The position numbers and the translations under genes were made by a program. Shown here piece after piece: positions 17,542-26,844 of a DNA stretch of 64,000 nucleotides. A model generated the notes under the pieces. That model was given only the letters and a program-made list of their open reading frames with translations. It was not told the origin of the DNA and did no database searches. This DNA is from a virus (taxonomy: Duplodnaviria > Caudoviricetes). The stretch lies in IMG/VR virus record IMGVR_UViG_3300025141_000018; one strand, 5' to 3'. Positions within the stretch are counted from its first letter, which is position 1. Every line of letters starts with the position of its first letter.

Positions 17542-17831
17542 TATCGTCTCTTATTCATTGCTTGAATTCGTTTACTAGCGGCATTATATTTTTTAGTTCT
17601 TAGAGCTTTTCTTATCAAACGGGGGCCATATTTTGCCTTAGTTTTTTTAAGTTGTAGTCGTTTTTTTAAATCGATTGGTGCGTTGCATTGACTGGGGGAA
17701 GAAACTGCTCTACCTTTACGCATTCCGTATGTACATCTATATTTTTTTATAACTTGATTTTTTCCTTTACGAGCCCAAACTACTTTGGTTTCGATAAGAA
17801 TATCATCATTTAGGCATTCTTCGAGAAGCAT
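17541..17831 (-). CDS. Small basic hypothetical protein
   Basis: 96 aa, Lys/Arg-rich after ILIE; late promoter at 17858. Confidence 0.65.
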   Translation of the reverse strand: MLLEECLNDDILIETKVVWARKGKNQVIKKYRCTYGMRKGRAVSSPSQCNAPIDLKKRLQLKKTKAKYGPRLIRKALRTKKYNAASKRIQAMNKRR

Positions 17832-17863
17832 ACAATGAACCTATATTAACTTTTTAGTATTTA

Positions 17864-18349
17864 TTACAACATGTGAGTTAGCCATGCACCTACAATAGAA
17901 ACAACAATACCTACTAATAGGCCCATTAACATTTTATGTTGGGAGGCTTGGTTTTCGTGCATTTTCATCATAATATCGTCTACTTTACGGAAAAGTATAT
18001 CAAATTTATGATCACTGGATTTTGATTCTTCTTCTATACGTTTACTCAAATTGTCTAATTTCTCATTCATTTGTTTGTACCTTTCACCGCATTTATCTAC
18101 GTGAAATTCAAGAGAAGTTTCCTCTCTCAGTGGTTCTATTTTTTTGGGTCTTGCGGCTCTAGGCATAATAAAACTAATCCTTAAAATAACAATTTGCCGA
18201 GTGGCTTTGAGTAAAGTATTTGTGGTGTTAGCCTTTGTTTGCCTCTGTCGGGGGATACCGTCCCCAGCACCCCCACAGTAGATACCCCCTTCGTTATTAA
18301 CATTTCCCAACAAAAGTTTAGGAAACATAACCTCCAGAGAGGGTTTCAT
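17864..18349 (-). CDS. Coiled-coil protein with C-terminal TM helix; start uncertain (18349 or the internal MPRAARPKK)
   Basis: C-terminal MLMGLLVGIVVSIVGAWL helix; the first about 60 codons look non-protein-like. Confidence 0.6.
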   Translation of the reverse strand: MKPSLEVMFPKLLLGNVNNEGGIYCGGAGDGIPRQRQTKANTTNTLLKATRQIVILRISFIMPRAARPKKIEPLREETSLEFHVDKCGERYKQMNEKLDNLSKRIEEESKSSDHKFDILFRKVDDIMMKMHENQASQHKMLMGLLVGIVVSIVGAWLTHML

Positions 18350-18368
18350 AATATATTTATGAAGTCAT

Positions 18369-18400
18369 AAAAAAAGGTAGGCGTTATAATACGCCTACCC
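18369..18400 (-). terminator. Rho-independent terminator
   Basis: GGTAGGCGT-attata-ACGCCTACC followed by a T run on the minus strand. Confidence 0.85.
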
Positions 18401-18431
18401 ATTGTTTCGGAAACAACTTAATTAATTAAAA

Positions 18432-18800
18432 TTAAGCGTGGTATCCTCTAAAGTCTGCTCTGTAAAAAACGTCTGCAGATGAAAGGTTGATTGAATCAAC
18501 TGTTCCTAATGCACGAATTGCTACTTGTAAATTCGCGGCGGTTACGTTGATTGGACCTTGTGATATAACGTGTACGTGTGATGTATCATCAGCAGGTACA
18601 GTTACAACAGCAATAGTCATATAATGCATGAAAGCATGTGCGATTGCAGGCACAGTACTTAAATCACCTGAAGAGTCAATTCCGGTTTTTGCATCAACTG
18701 CGGCTTTGCAGTCAACTGCCCAATAACCTAAATCAGCTCCGACCATTTCTTTAGCGGCGGTTCCACCATGTTGTTTCAATGTAATTGTTCCAGCGGCCAT
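18432..18800 (-). CDS. Hypothetical protein, probably an abundant virion protein
   Basis: Own late promoter, AGGAG SD and terminator; Ala/Val-rich. Confidence 0.65.
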   Translation of the reverse strand: MAAGTITLKQHGGTAAKEMVGADLGYWAVDCKAAVDAKTGIDSSGDLSTVPAIAHAFMHYMTIAVVTVPADDTSHVHVISQGPINVTAANLQVAIRALGTVDSINLSSADVFYRADFRGYHA

Positions 18801-18832
18801 AATATTTCTCCTAATGCTTCTGGTTGTTAAGT

Positions 18833-20281
18833 TTATTTATCAAAAGAATTAAAATATTTTTCTCTAACAGTAGAGAATATATCCATGATTCTTCCGTGTG
18901 TATTAAAATACCCATATAGCAATCTAAATAGTTTATGCTTTTCGTTGCTATGTAATTTATTATATCGTTGTGCTAAACTTAGTGCTTGTGAAACATTGCT
19001 ATTCTGTACACCAAATGTAGATTTTAACTTATAAAGAAACGCAATAGTATCTGAATTTGTCATGTTACCTGTGCTTATTTTAGTTAAATATTTTCGCATA
19101 TACCATGCCGGCAATGCTTTTGATTTAAGTAATTCGCATGTTTTATCATCTAGCATGTGAGTTTTAGTATAAAATGCAGATATAAGAGTATAGGTATCAT
19201 TCATTGAAATTGAAGTTTTATTAAATCCTGGATAAGCACTATAAATTTTTCTTGTATATTTTTTAGCATCTTCGTCGCCTTCTTCACCTAACACATATAA
19301 TAAAATTATACTACATGTTGTTAAATTAACAGCATCAACAGCAGATAATTGTTTGCTCCAACTTCTATTATGAAATGCTTTGCCTTCGGTTAATATATTG
19401 TCACGGAAAAACGTAAATCTTTCCATTGTATTAACCATGTCAATTGTTTCTTGTTTTCGTTCACCTTTAGCCGTGCCTACTTCGCCCGATTTAATAGATA
19501 CCATAGAATTAAACAATCCTTTAACCCTTTCTTTGCTTACAGGGTGTTTTAAAGACAATTTAACGTCATCTAACAGCTCTTCAAACGACTGTCGTAGGTT
19601 AAAATGACTTAATAAATTAACTGTATCAGCCCATTTATTTGATTGCCATAGTATTTCTCTTGTACCTTTTACTTCTCTACCGGCTTCATCAGCATCATAT
19701 GCTCGTAAACTTAAATTAACTCCACTTAAATTAAACTCTAATTTCTTATCTGTTTCTGGAACTTGTAAACCGACTCTAGCAAGTAAATCAGGTAATTTTC
19801 GTACATGTTGTGCTTCTTGTATTGCAATCTTAACAAGCCCTAAAACCAGTCCTTGTTTTTCAGCAGTCATATTAAGAAAGTTTTCTTTAAATGAACTTTC
19901 CTCGGGTGTTAATGCTATAATGTTATCAATTTGAACTGTTTTTTCTTGTCCAACTTGTGGGTAATTTACTGTTATAATTTCACCTGAATTGTAACTACGT
20001 CTACCAGTATATTTGTCGCTAGTAAATGGAAGTATCTCAGTATTTGGGCGAGCTTCTAAATATCGTTGTAAATCTTTTTTAATATCTTTCTTATTGTCAG
20101 CATCTAAATGTATAATTAAATCAATGTCACCAAAATCGTCTTTACCTGACGCATTAAAACTTCCACTGATTATAGCATCACGGAAAGGCGGAAAACCTTT
20201 TAAAACGTCATTTACATAACGATCTACTGTAGGCTTAACATATTCTCTATCAATTCTGTGTGATCCTGCTACACCGCTCAT
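18833..20281 (-). CDS. Pol-beta-superfamily nucleotidyltransferase domain plus C-terminal helical domain
   Basis: ISGSFNASGKDDFGDIDLII (GS...DxD) with third Asp in VQIDN; internal ILTE-G site. Confidence 0.8.
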   Translation of the reverse strand: MSGVAGSHRIDREYVKPTVDRYVNDVLKGFPPFRDAIISGSFNASGKDDFGDIDLIIHLDADNKKDIKKDLQRYLEARPNTEILPFTSDKYTGRRSYNSGEIITVNYPQVGQEKTVQIDNIIALTPEESSFKENFLNMTAEKQGLVLGLVKIAIQEAQHVRKLPDLLARVGLQVPETDKKLEFNLSGVNLSLRAYDADEAGREVKGTREILWQSNKWADTVNLLSHFNLRQSFEELLDDVKLSLKHPVSKERVKGLFNSMVSIKSGEVGTAKGERKQETIDMVNTMERFTFFRDNILTEGKAFHNRSWSKQLSAVDAVNLTTCSIILLYVLGEEGDEDAKKYTRKIYSAYPGFNKTSISMNDTYTLISAFYTKTHMLDDKTCELLKSKALPAWYMRKYLTKISTGNMTNSDTIAFLYKLKSTFGVQNSNVSQALSLAQRYNKLHSNEKHKLFRLLYGYFNTHGRIMDIFSTVREKYFNSFDK

Positions 20282-20490
20282 TAGTATTTCCTTTTCTCTA
20301 AATTACTACCTTTGTTATTTTCATCTACACATTGGTAGTAAGGTAAACTGGCATCTTTATTAAGAGCTCTAGTTCCTCTTTGAGGTCCTGGCCCTTTAAC
20401 CCAATGTCCAAAACACCCTGATGTACTTGTTCCACATCCAACAACTATCCATGTTGCCATCATTACGAAAAGTAATAATAGTCTCTTCAT
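20281..20490 (-). CDS. Small putative lipoprotein
   Basis: MKRLLLLFVMMATWIVVGC signal peptide with lipobox-like Cys. Confidence 0.55.
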   Translation of the reverse strand: MKRLLLLFVMMATWIVVGCGTSTSGCFGHWVKGPGPQRGTRALNKDASLPYYQCVDENNKGSNLEKRKY

Positions 20491-20499
20491 ATTTTACCT

Positions 20500-20685
20500 T
20501 TAAACTGCTTTATTACATTCATACCTAATATTATTTAAACAATTATTACATATGGTATTATTTTCTCGTTTTTCTTTCGTTTTTTCTAATACATGGTCTA
20601 ATGTTTTAAGTATTTTTCTTTTAGTATTTTTTATTTGGCTTAAAAGATAATTTTCAGAAAAGGTTATATATTTGTTTTTATGCAT
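20500..20685 (-). CDS. Hypothetical protein
   Basis: 61 aa; C-terminal CNNC..C. Confidence 0.4.
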   Translation of the reverse strand: MHKNKYITFSENYLLSQIKNTKRKILKTLDHVLEKTKEKRENNTICNNCLNNIRYECNKAV

Positions 20686-20705
20686 AATTTGCTCCTATTT
20701 TACCT

Positions 20706-21032
20706 TTAATTTGTTGGATACATTTGATCTGTATAATCAACTTTAAATTTCTTTTTCTTAGGTATAAAATCTCTAGCACGTTTTACACCTGCTTGCATTG
20801 CTTTTTGTATCTTTTTTCGTCGTCCAGGTGTTACCCATTTAAATCCTCTATCGGGGTGTTGGGGCGAATTCATTGCGGCAGTATGTAACCAACTACCTTT
20901 GGGTGCGGCAAGTGCTTTATTAAAATAATCTTGGCTATGAAAAAATGCACCACCTTTTAATTCCGGTCGTAAATCACCTCTAACCCATTGCTGAATTCCT
21001 GCACCTTCTGTCATTATCTCACTTGCTTTCAT
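20706..21032 (-). CDS. Putative internal head protein
   Basis: MKASEIMTE-G leader; basic mature part. Confidence 0.65.
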   Translation of the reverse strand: MKASEIMTEGAGIQQWVRGDLRPELKGGAFFHSQDYFNKALAAPKGSWLHTAAMNSPQHPDRGFKWVTPGRRKKIQKAMQAGVKRARDFIPKKKKFKVDYTDQMYPTN

Positions 21033-21991
21033 GCAGTCTCCGTTTGATACTTTGTTAGGTTACTATTATTTGGTAAAAACTTACCAGATAATCCCAATGC
21101 TTTTTGATTTCTAATCCAATATTTTTGTAAATCATCCGGAATATCTACTCGAGTTTTATCTAATATTTTTAAGTAAATTTGTATAACACTATCATAATCT
21201 GGATGATTTAAAATAGAATCATGTAATGTAAAATAATTATCTAATTCTGCTCGTGATAAACTAATACCAAATAATTCATTGAGTAAGTTTAATGCTTCCT
21301 CTGGTGTTCTTGCAACTACTTCTTTAGTTGCCTTATCTTTAACACCTACTTTATGATTAAATGAAAAATTCTTTGCTTGAAACATTGCTAACATTAATTG
21401 TGTTCTATGCAATCCTTTAATATTAGAATTTTCATCATACTCACTAGAGGAATAACTAAATTCTAACCAAGGTAAATGTCCTACCATCCAATCAATTTGT
21501 ATACCTATATTTAAATTATTACCTTCTTCATCAAATTGCGGAAACATTCCAAAAGCATTACCAGGAGTAACTTTTTTAGGATCCATATGTATAGTAGGTG
21601 CATGTTCATTAACATATTCGCTAATTAAAACTAATGCGGTTTTCATAGCAACTTGTTCGTCGCTTGATGTTCTTGCTCGCTTTTTAAACTGATCAAATCT
21701 TTGAACAAATTCTTCAGGTTTAATATTCCATTGTTGAACTGTTTGAGTAGAAATACCTCGAGGAAATAATTTTGTAGCATCTATTGCTAAATCAATATCA
21801 CCACTGGTACTTCTTTTACCTACCGAACCTGTAGGATGAAAATCGCTAGGATTTATATTTGCTCTAGGAAAAACTTGTTTTAATTCTGCAAAGTATCGTT
21901 CTAAGGTAGGCTGAATATTTTCTCGATTAATGCGGTCGGTATTACCTCCAAAGACGTTACCGCCTTCTAATATAACCTCCCTGACTAGCAT
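21029..21991 (-). CDS. Pol-beta-superfamily nucleotidyltransferase, putative internal head protein
   Basis: TGSVGKRSTSGDIDLAID motif and IQIDWM third Asp; MLVREVILE-GG leader. Confidence 0.82.
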   Translation of the reverse strand: MLVREVILEGGNVFGGNTDRINRENIQPTLERYFAELKQVFPRANINPSDFHPTGSVGKRSTSGDIDLAIDATKLFPRGISTQTVQQWNIKPEEFVQRFDQFKKRARTSSDEQVAMKTALVLISEYVNEHAPTIHMDPKKVTPGNAFGMFPQFDEEGNNLNIGIQIDWMVGHLPWLEFSYSSSEYDENSNIKGLHRTQLMLAMFQAKNFSFNHKVGVKDKATKEVVARTPEEALNLLNELFGISLSRAELDNYFTLHDSILNHPDYDSVIQIYLKILDKTRVDIPDDLQKYWIRNQKALGLSGKFLPNNSNLTKYQTETA

Positions 21992-22395
21992 TAAATTTCT
22001 CCGAATTGTTTTTTATATCTATTTTGTTTGGCAAGTTTATTGTATGCATTTACTAATGTTTCCATCTTGTCTTGAAACACCGGGTTGTCGTTATTGTATA
22101 ACAATTTATATGCTCGCCGTACCATAAACGGATCTGCAGGGTCATTAATATCTGCGGTTGCAATGCTTTTAGCAAGTTCCATTAATTGTCTAGCAACATT
22201 ACTTTGCAATGACTTAATATCATATGTTCCACCACTGCCAGGAAAAACGTCGGTGCTAAAAGGATCCTTAGGATCTTCTTTTAATCTATCAATTACATCT
22301 TTCTCAGTAAAAGCCTGTTGGATTCTACGTTTAGGTCGTGGACCTCGCATCACTCTTTTTCTAGTTCCTGCTATTTCAATTTCGGCTATTTTCAT
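21991..22395 (-). CDS. Putative internal head protein
   Basis: MKIAEIE leader. Confidence 0.6.
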   Translation of the reverse strand: MKIAEIEIAGTRKRVMRGPRPKRRIQQAFTEKDVIDRLKEDPKDPFSTDVFPGSGGTYDIKSLQSNVARQLMELAKSIATADINDPADPFMVRRAYKLLYNNDNPVFQDKMETLVNAYNKLAKQNRYKKQFGEI

Positions 22396-22398
22396 GTT

Positions 22399-22863
22399 TT
22401 ATCCCTGTATATCGCTTGCTTTGCCAAAAGTGGTCTTTTTAGATTGATGTGTTACTACCCCTGGTTTTGTTTTTTGTGTTGGGGTTTTGCGAGGATATCT
22501 TGCTCTCCAATCTTCTAAAGAACCTCCTCCGGAAGATATCTGTGCCATCGTTGCAACATCTGTTGGCGACATACCATATTTTTTTCTATGTGGCATCATT
22601 CTTTGAGCCATTTGGTCCATGTTTGGACTTCGACCAGCATAAGGTTGTCCTCCTGCGGCGGACCATTTACGTTGAGCATCATCTCTTGCACTTTGTTCTG
22701 AACTATATTTTCTGCCCCAATGACCTTGCTTATTGTATTGGTACCATTCTTTACCGGTCTTTTTATCTATGCCTTTTCTATAACGAGCAGACTGACCACT
22801 TGAATCACCTCTAGTAGGGGAAGTTATTAGTTCCGCTTCATTTATTATCTCAGATATTTTCAT
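22399..22863 (-). CDS. Putative internal head protein
   Basis: MKISEIINE-A leader; basic mature part. Confidence 0.65.
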   Translation of the reverse strand: MKISEIINEAELITSPTRGDSSGQSARYRKGIDKKTGKEWYQYNKQGHWGRKYSSEQSARDDAQRKWSAAGGQPYAGRSPNMDQMAQRMMPHRKKYGMSPTDVATMAQISSGGGSLEDWRARYPRKTPTQKTKPGVVTHQSKKTTFGKASDIQG

Positions 22864-23104
22864 TGCTTGGTGCCCTTTTCATTCCTGTTACGAATTTTTT
22901 TGGATCTTGATTTTTAATGCTAATCAACAGCCGTCGGTGTAGATCTAGTGCTACTTCTTTATCATATGTTTCATAAATCATATCAATCAAATTAGTTACA
23001 GTTGATACAATATGCTGTCCACGAGATTCAATAACCATGCCTTTATTCTTAGGAGGTATTACTTCGTTAATCTCTTGTAACAGACTTTTAGTTCTACGTT
23101 GCAT
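22850..23104 (-). CDS. Hypothetical protein
   Basis: 84 aa downstream of the palindromic late promoter. Confidence 0.65.
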   Translation of the reverse strand: MQRRTKSLLQEINEVIPPKNKGMVIESRGQHIVSTVTNLIDMIYETYDKEVALDLHRRLLISIKNQDPKKFVTGMKRAPSNENI

Positions 23105-23120
23105 ATTTTTTAGATCCTGT

Positions 23121-23133
23121 TATAAATATTTAT
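23121..23133. promoter_or_regulatory. Palindromic bidirectional late promoter (ATAAATATTTAT)
   Basis: 12-bp palindrome between divergent genes; the plus-strand ATG follows immediately. Confidence 0.65.
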
Positions 23134-23340
23134 ATGAAATTGACACATATTATTGAACAACCCGAAGGGCCTCCGCCCATTAATCTTCAAGCAATCGAAG
23201 GCATGATTGATCAAGTTGTCCCCGATCCTGCATATGCTGATGAAATCCGTCAAGCAATCGGTATGTTAGGAAGCGGACGACAATTAACTCGTGAACACAA
23301 CCAAGTAATATTGACATATCTTACAATGATATCTGGTTAA
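23134..23340 (+). CDS. Small hypothetical protein, probably on a leaderless mRNA
   Basis: MKLTHIIE leader; ATG 5 nt after TATAAATA; no SD. Confidence 0.55.
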   Translation: MKLTHIIEQPEGPPPINLQAIEGMIDQVVPDPAYADEIRQAIGMLGSGRQLTREHNQVILTYLTMISG

Positions 23341-24701
23341 TGTATCTTTTTAATTAACGATTTTAATCTATCTGTTTGGTCAACTGTTACTGCTTCTTTT
23401 GGTTCAGTATCACGCATTGTTGACGTCTTTTTTAGTTTTTCGTACAGATTTTCTTGCGGTGTTTCTTCCATATCATCTGCTAAATCTTGTATTCTTAGTG
23501 TATTAATATCAAAATCTAATTCTACTTTTTGTCCTACACCACTACTGGATCTAGTTTTCATAAATTGTATTTGCACTCTACCACGTTCTCGCATTATTCT
23601 ACTAGTAAAAATTGCAATAACATTATCTGCTGTTTGTATTTTACTAATACCACCTGCAATATGACTGTGATCAAACTCTATTTCATCTACTGCACCTCTG
23701 TTTAATTGTGATGCTGTGGCAAACAAATAATTTCCTTCTACTGCAAAGTTCCTAAGTTCTTCACTAACAAACTTATCTTTAATAAACAAATCACTTGGTG
23801 GTACTTTCCGTTGTGCTGGCATCATTAAATCTAGATAATCTACTAGTATGCATTGTGGTTCTATACCTGTTTGTGTTATGTACTCTTTAATGTATACTTT
23901 AATATCATTAACTGTACAACCATTTGGTAATTGTATAATTTGTAAATTACCTTTTTTCTTTCCGTGCATTTTAACTTTTAATTCAACATCGTCAATATTT
24001 TTAAATATTTCTCTTGTTGAATATCCTGTTATCATGCTGTCTAGTCGCATTGCAGTTAATCCTTCACTAAGTTCTAAACTCAAGTATATTACATTAAATC
24101 CTGCTTCGACCCAGTTAAGTGCTAAGTTTTGTAAGAATAAACTTTTACCTGCACCAGATCCTCCTGCAAATATACTAAGTTCTCCTCTATTAAATCCACC
24201 ATACAATTTGTCATCTATTGTTTTCCATCCTGTACTTGTACTACCATTTTTATCTCTTAACTCTGTTAACCGAGCAAGTGGATCTTGCCAATAATCTGTT
24301 CCTAGGTTTTTTGTTAAACCAATACTAACTGCTTCTTTAATTATACCTTCTACTGTACCATATTCTTGTGTTTCTAATAAATCTGCAGATTCTATAATTG
24401 CTTTTTCTAATGCCTTATGTTTACAAAATTGTTCAAACTCTCCTAAGAACCAATCTGTTTCATGTTTTGTAACTGGTACTTTTTCAAACTTTCCTTTTGT
24501 CTTTGCATTTAATATTTCAAACCCAGGCATAGCAGAATGTTCATCTGAATATTCTTGTATAAATTCTACACTTTCTCTAAGTGTGGCATCAAAGTATTCA
24601 GGTTGAACAATATTACTACATCTTGCATAAAGTTCTGGTTCTGTTACCAAAAATTCTATAAACATTTTTTGTAATTCGTATGTATAATCTACTTCAGCCA
24701 T
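23337..24701 (-). CDS. gp41: Replicative DnaB-like helicase (T4 gp41)
   Basis: Walker A AGGSGAGKS; ILVDYLDLM; TASQLNRG; MKTRSSSGVG. Confidence 0.95.
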   Translation of the reverse strand: MAEVDYTYELQKMFIEFLVTEPELYARCSNIVQPEYFDATLRESVEFIQEYSDEHSAMPGFEILNAKTKGKFEKVPVTKHETDWFLGEFEQFCKHKALEKAIIESADLLETQEYGTVEGIIKEAVSIGLTKNLGTDYWQDPLARLTELRDKNGSTSTGWKTIDDKLYGGFNRGELSIFAGGSGAGKSLFLQNLALNWVEAGFNVIYLSLELSEGLTAMRLDSMITGYSTREIFKNIDDVELKVKMHGKKKGNLQIIQLPNGCTVNDIKVYIKEYITQTGIEPQCILVDYLDLMMPAQRKVPPSDLFIKDKFVSEELRNFAVEGNYLFATASQLNRGAVDEIEFDHSHIAGGISKIQTADNVIAIFTSRIMRERGRVQIQFMKTRSSSGVGQKVELDFDINTLRIQDLADDMEETPQENLYEKLKKTSTMRDTEPKEAVTVDQTDRLKSLIKKIH

Positions 24702-25678
24702 TTTTTCTGCTTTAATTTAATTTTGATTTTGTTATATTCCTTAGCATACAGAATTGTAAGTAAGGCTTCGAGCCTGCCATAATATGCTACTGCATCACAA
24801 ATATCTTTAATACCTTCCGGCCATTCTGGCAAACTTATATGCCATCTATTCTCAACTGCAATATCCATTAAATTGGATTCTTTGCCGTCTTTATCTGGTA
24901 CTACAACTTTTATTGTTGGCAAGTGATTTAATAAATCTACTTGTCTACTATTACAATGATTACCGCAAACTGCAACACCATTTACCATTAGTGCATCAAA
25001 TGGGCCTTCGCATACAATCGTATATTTAACATTAGTTTGCTGATCATAATTAAATAAAAAACTTTGCGGAGACCTTGTAATATATTTTGGCGTATTTCTT
25101 GACTTTGGTCGTTTGCATAATCTAGCAGTATATCCAACAATTTTATTATTATACTCAAATGGTAAAATTATACGTTCATTAAAATTGTATACTTTCTCAC
25201 TTGTATAGTGCCAATTACCTGCTTCCAATAAACTACGTTTTTCTAAGTATTTTAATGCTTTAGTAAACTCGTCTGTAACTGAACAATCTAATACAGGTTT
25301 AGCATTAATTGGTAATTTCTCTTCTTTCCATTGTCCTGGTATTGCTAATGAATCAAATGTAACTTGTGTTTTGTCAGGCTCTATTTGCATTGAAGCAAAT
25401 ATAAGTTTTTTAATGTCATTATCTGTTGCTCCAAGATTAGTTAATAAAACCCTAAACTTAGATGTAATTTTTCTACCTGGAAGCCATGATGTTTTAAAGC
25501 CACAATTAAAACAATGATATGCTACTGAATCATTGTTAAAATTAAACCCTCCTCGTTTTCTTGTATCGGGTCGTGATTGTCCATTAAACGTACATACCGG
25601 ACAGTTCATGGTATGCCAGCCACTAGGACTAACTTTAGTATTGATTGGAAGTAATGTTTTTACGTAATCTAGTATCAC
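24689..25678 (-). CDS. gp61: DNA primase (T4 gp61-like)
   Basis: Zinc finger CPVC...YHCFNCG; TOPRIM VCEGPFDA and PDKD...DICD. Confidence 0.92.
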   Translation of the reverse strand: MILDYVKTLLPINTKVSPSGWHTMNCPVCTFNGQSRPDTRKRGGFNFNNDSVAYHCFNCGFKTSWLPGRKITSKFRVLLTNLGATDNDIKKLIFASMQIEPDKTQVTFDSLAIPGQWKEEKLPINAKPVLDCSVTDEFTKALKYLEKRSLLEAGNWHYTSEKVYNFNERIILPFEYNNKIVGYTARLCKRPKSRNTPKYITRSPQSFLFNYDQQTNVKYTIVCEGPFDALMVNGVAVCGNHCNSRQVDLLNHLPTIKVVVPDKDGKESNLMDIAVENRWHISLPEWPEGIKDICDAVAYYGRLEALLTILYAKEYNKIKIKLKQKKWLK

Positions 25679-26493
25679 GCTCGTATTAAAATTTTGGTTA
25701 ATGTTCCTGCATTACTTACATCTGGTACATGCTGAAATTTTATATACTTTGTTGCAATAGTTAAATTATACGGATCTAATTTTGTTGTAGCAGATGTATA
25801 ATCAACATAATCATTTACTGATCCTAATGGTATAGCAAACCATGCACTACTACCTGAAACTGTATCATCTAACGTTCCATATGCATATAGTTTACCAAAA
25901 TAAGCATCTAGGTATGCAACAAAAGTAATTAACCCGTGTTTATCTGCAACTTCATGTACTCTAATTGAAGAACTTTCAAATATGCCCGAACCACCACTAG
26001 TTTCATTAAATGTTGAAACTGTAATACTATCTTTTGGCGATGCTATAATTGAATCTTCAATTTCTACATTTAAATTACCAGTTCCTGCTAAGTTTGTAAA
26101 CAACGGTTTTTTAACTCCAATTGAATCTTCTGTATAAAAACCTAATCTATACATTCCTGGATCTGTGTGTTCAAAATCACCAGCGGCAGTAATCAAATCG
26201 AAGTTTCCTTCTGTTACAGTATTTTTAGAACACTTAATATTTTTTATTAATGTCCCGTCCGTATTCAATATATTAGCATATACAGACAAGTTATCAATCT
26301 TTACTGCTTTTCTATCTTTATCTTTAACTTGAAAATTAACCGTATTTGCTACGGACTTTATTATTTTAACATTTCCTGCTTGCATTGTCAAGGCACCTTT
26401 TGCGGGGTTATTTTCTAAATAGTACGTGTTGGTAAATGTATAAATATTCACAGTGAAGTATACCCCTTTATAATATTTATGGACTACGAACAA
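25675..26493 (-). CDS. Hypothetical beta-rich protein, possibly structural
   Basis: 272-aa Ig-like composition; late promoter near the 5' end; start uncertain. Confidence 0.55.
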   Translation of the reverse strand: MFVVHKYYKGVYFTVNIYTFTNTYYLENNPAKGALTMQAGNVKIIKSVANTVNFQVKDKDRKAVKIDNLSVYANILNTDGTLIKNIKCSKNTVTEGNFDLITAAGDFEHTDPGMYRLGFYTEDSIGVKKPLFTNLAGTGNLNVEIEDSIIASPKDSITVSTFNETSGGSGIFESSSIRVHEVADKHGLITFVAYLDAYFGKLYAYGTLDDTVSGSSAWFAIPLGSVNDYVDYTSATTKLDPYNLTIATKYIKFQHVPDVSNAGTLTKILIRA

Positions 26494-26844
26494 ATTTTAA
26501 AACGATTCCCTTTTTTAAGTATTATTAGATCTAACGATAAAGAATACTTAGGAATTATACAACAATGTGATTCTGCATATGTTATGTTTTTTGATTATAA
26601 TTCTATAAAGAACCCACAACTTAAAAAAGCATTCATCAGTTTAGGTGAAACTTGGTGGTGGGAATCTAATAGAAAAATTCCGATAACATTTTTTCTGTAT
26701 AACGACATGAAAGAGTTTTATCCATTCTTAATGGTTCTTTCGGCAAAAAATACAACAATTGACAGAGGTCACGAAATTAATTTATTTAATATCTCAGAAA
26801 AGCGGACTAAGCGTCGCACTATAGAATTAGTTAAAAAACAATAG
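26479..26844 (+). CDS. Hypothetical protein (WWWESNR motif)
   Basis: TATAAATA at 26439-26446 upstream; 121 aa. Confidence 0.7.
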   Translation: MDYEQILKRFPFLSIIRSNDKEYLGIIQQCDSAYVMFFDYNSIKNPQLKKAFISLGETWWWESNRKIPITFFLYNDMKEFYPFLMVLSAKNTTIDRGHEINLFNISEKRTKRRTIELVKKQ

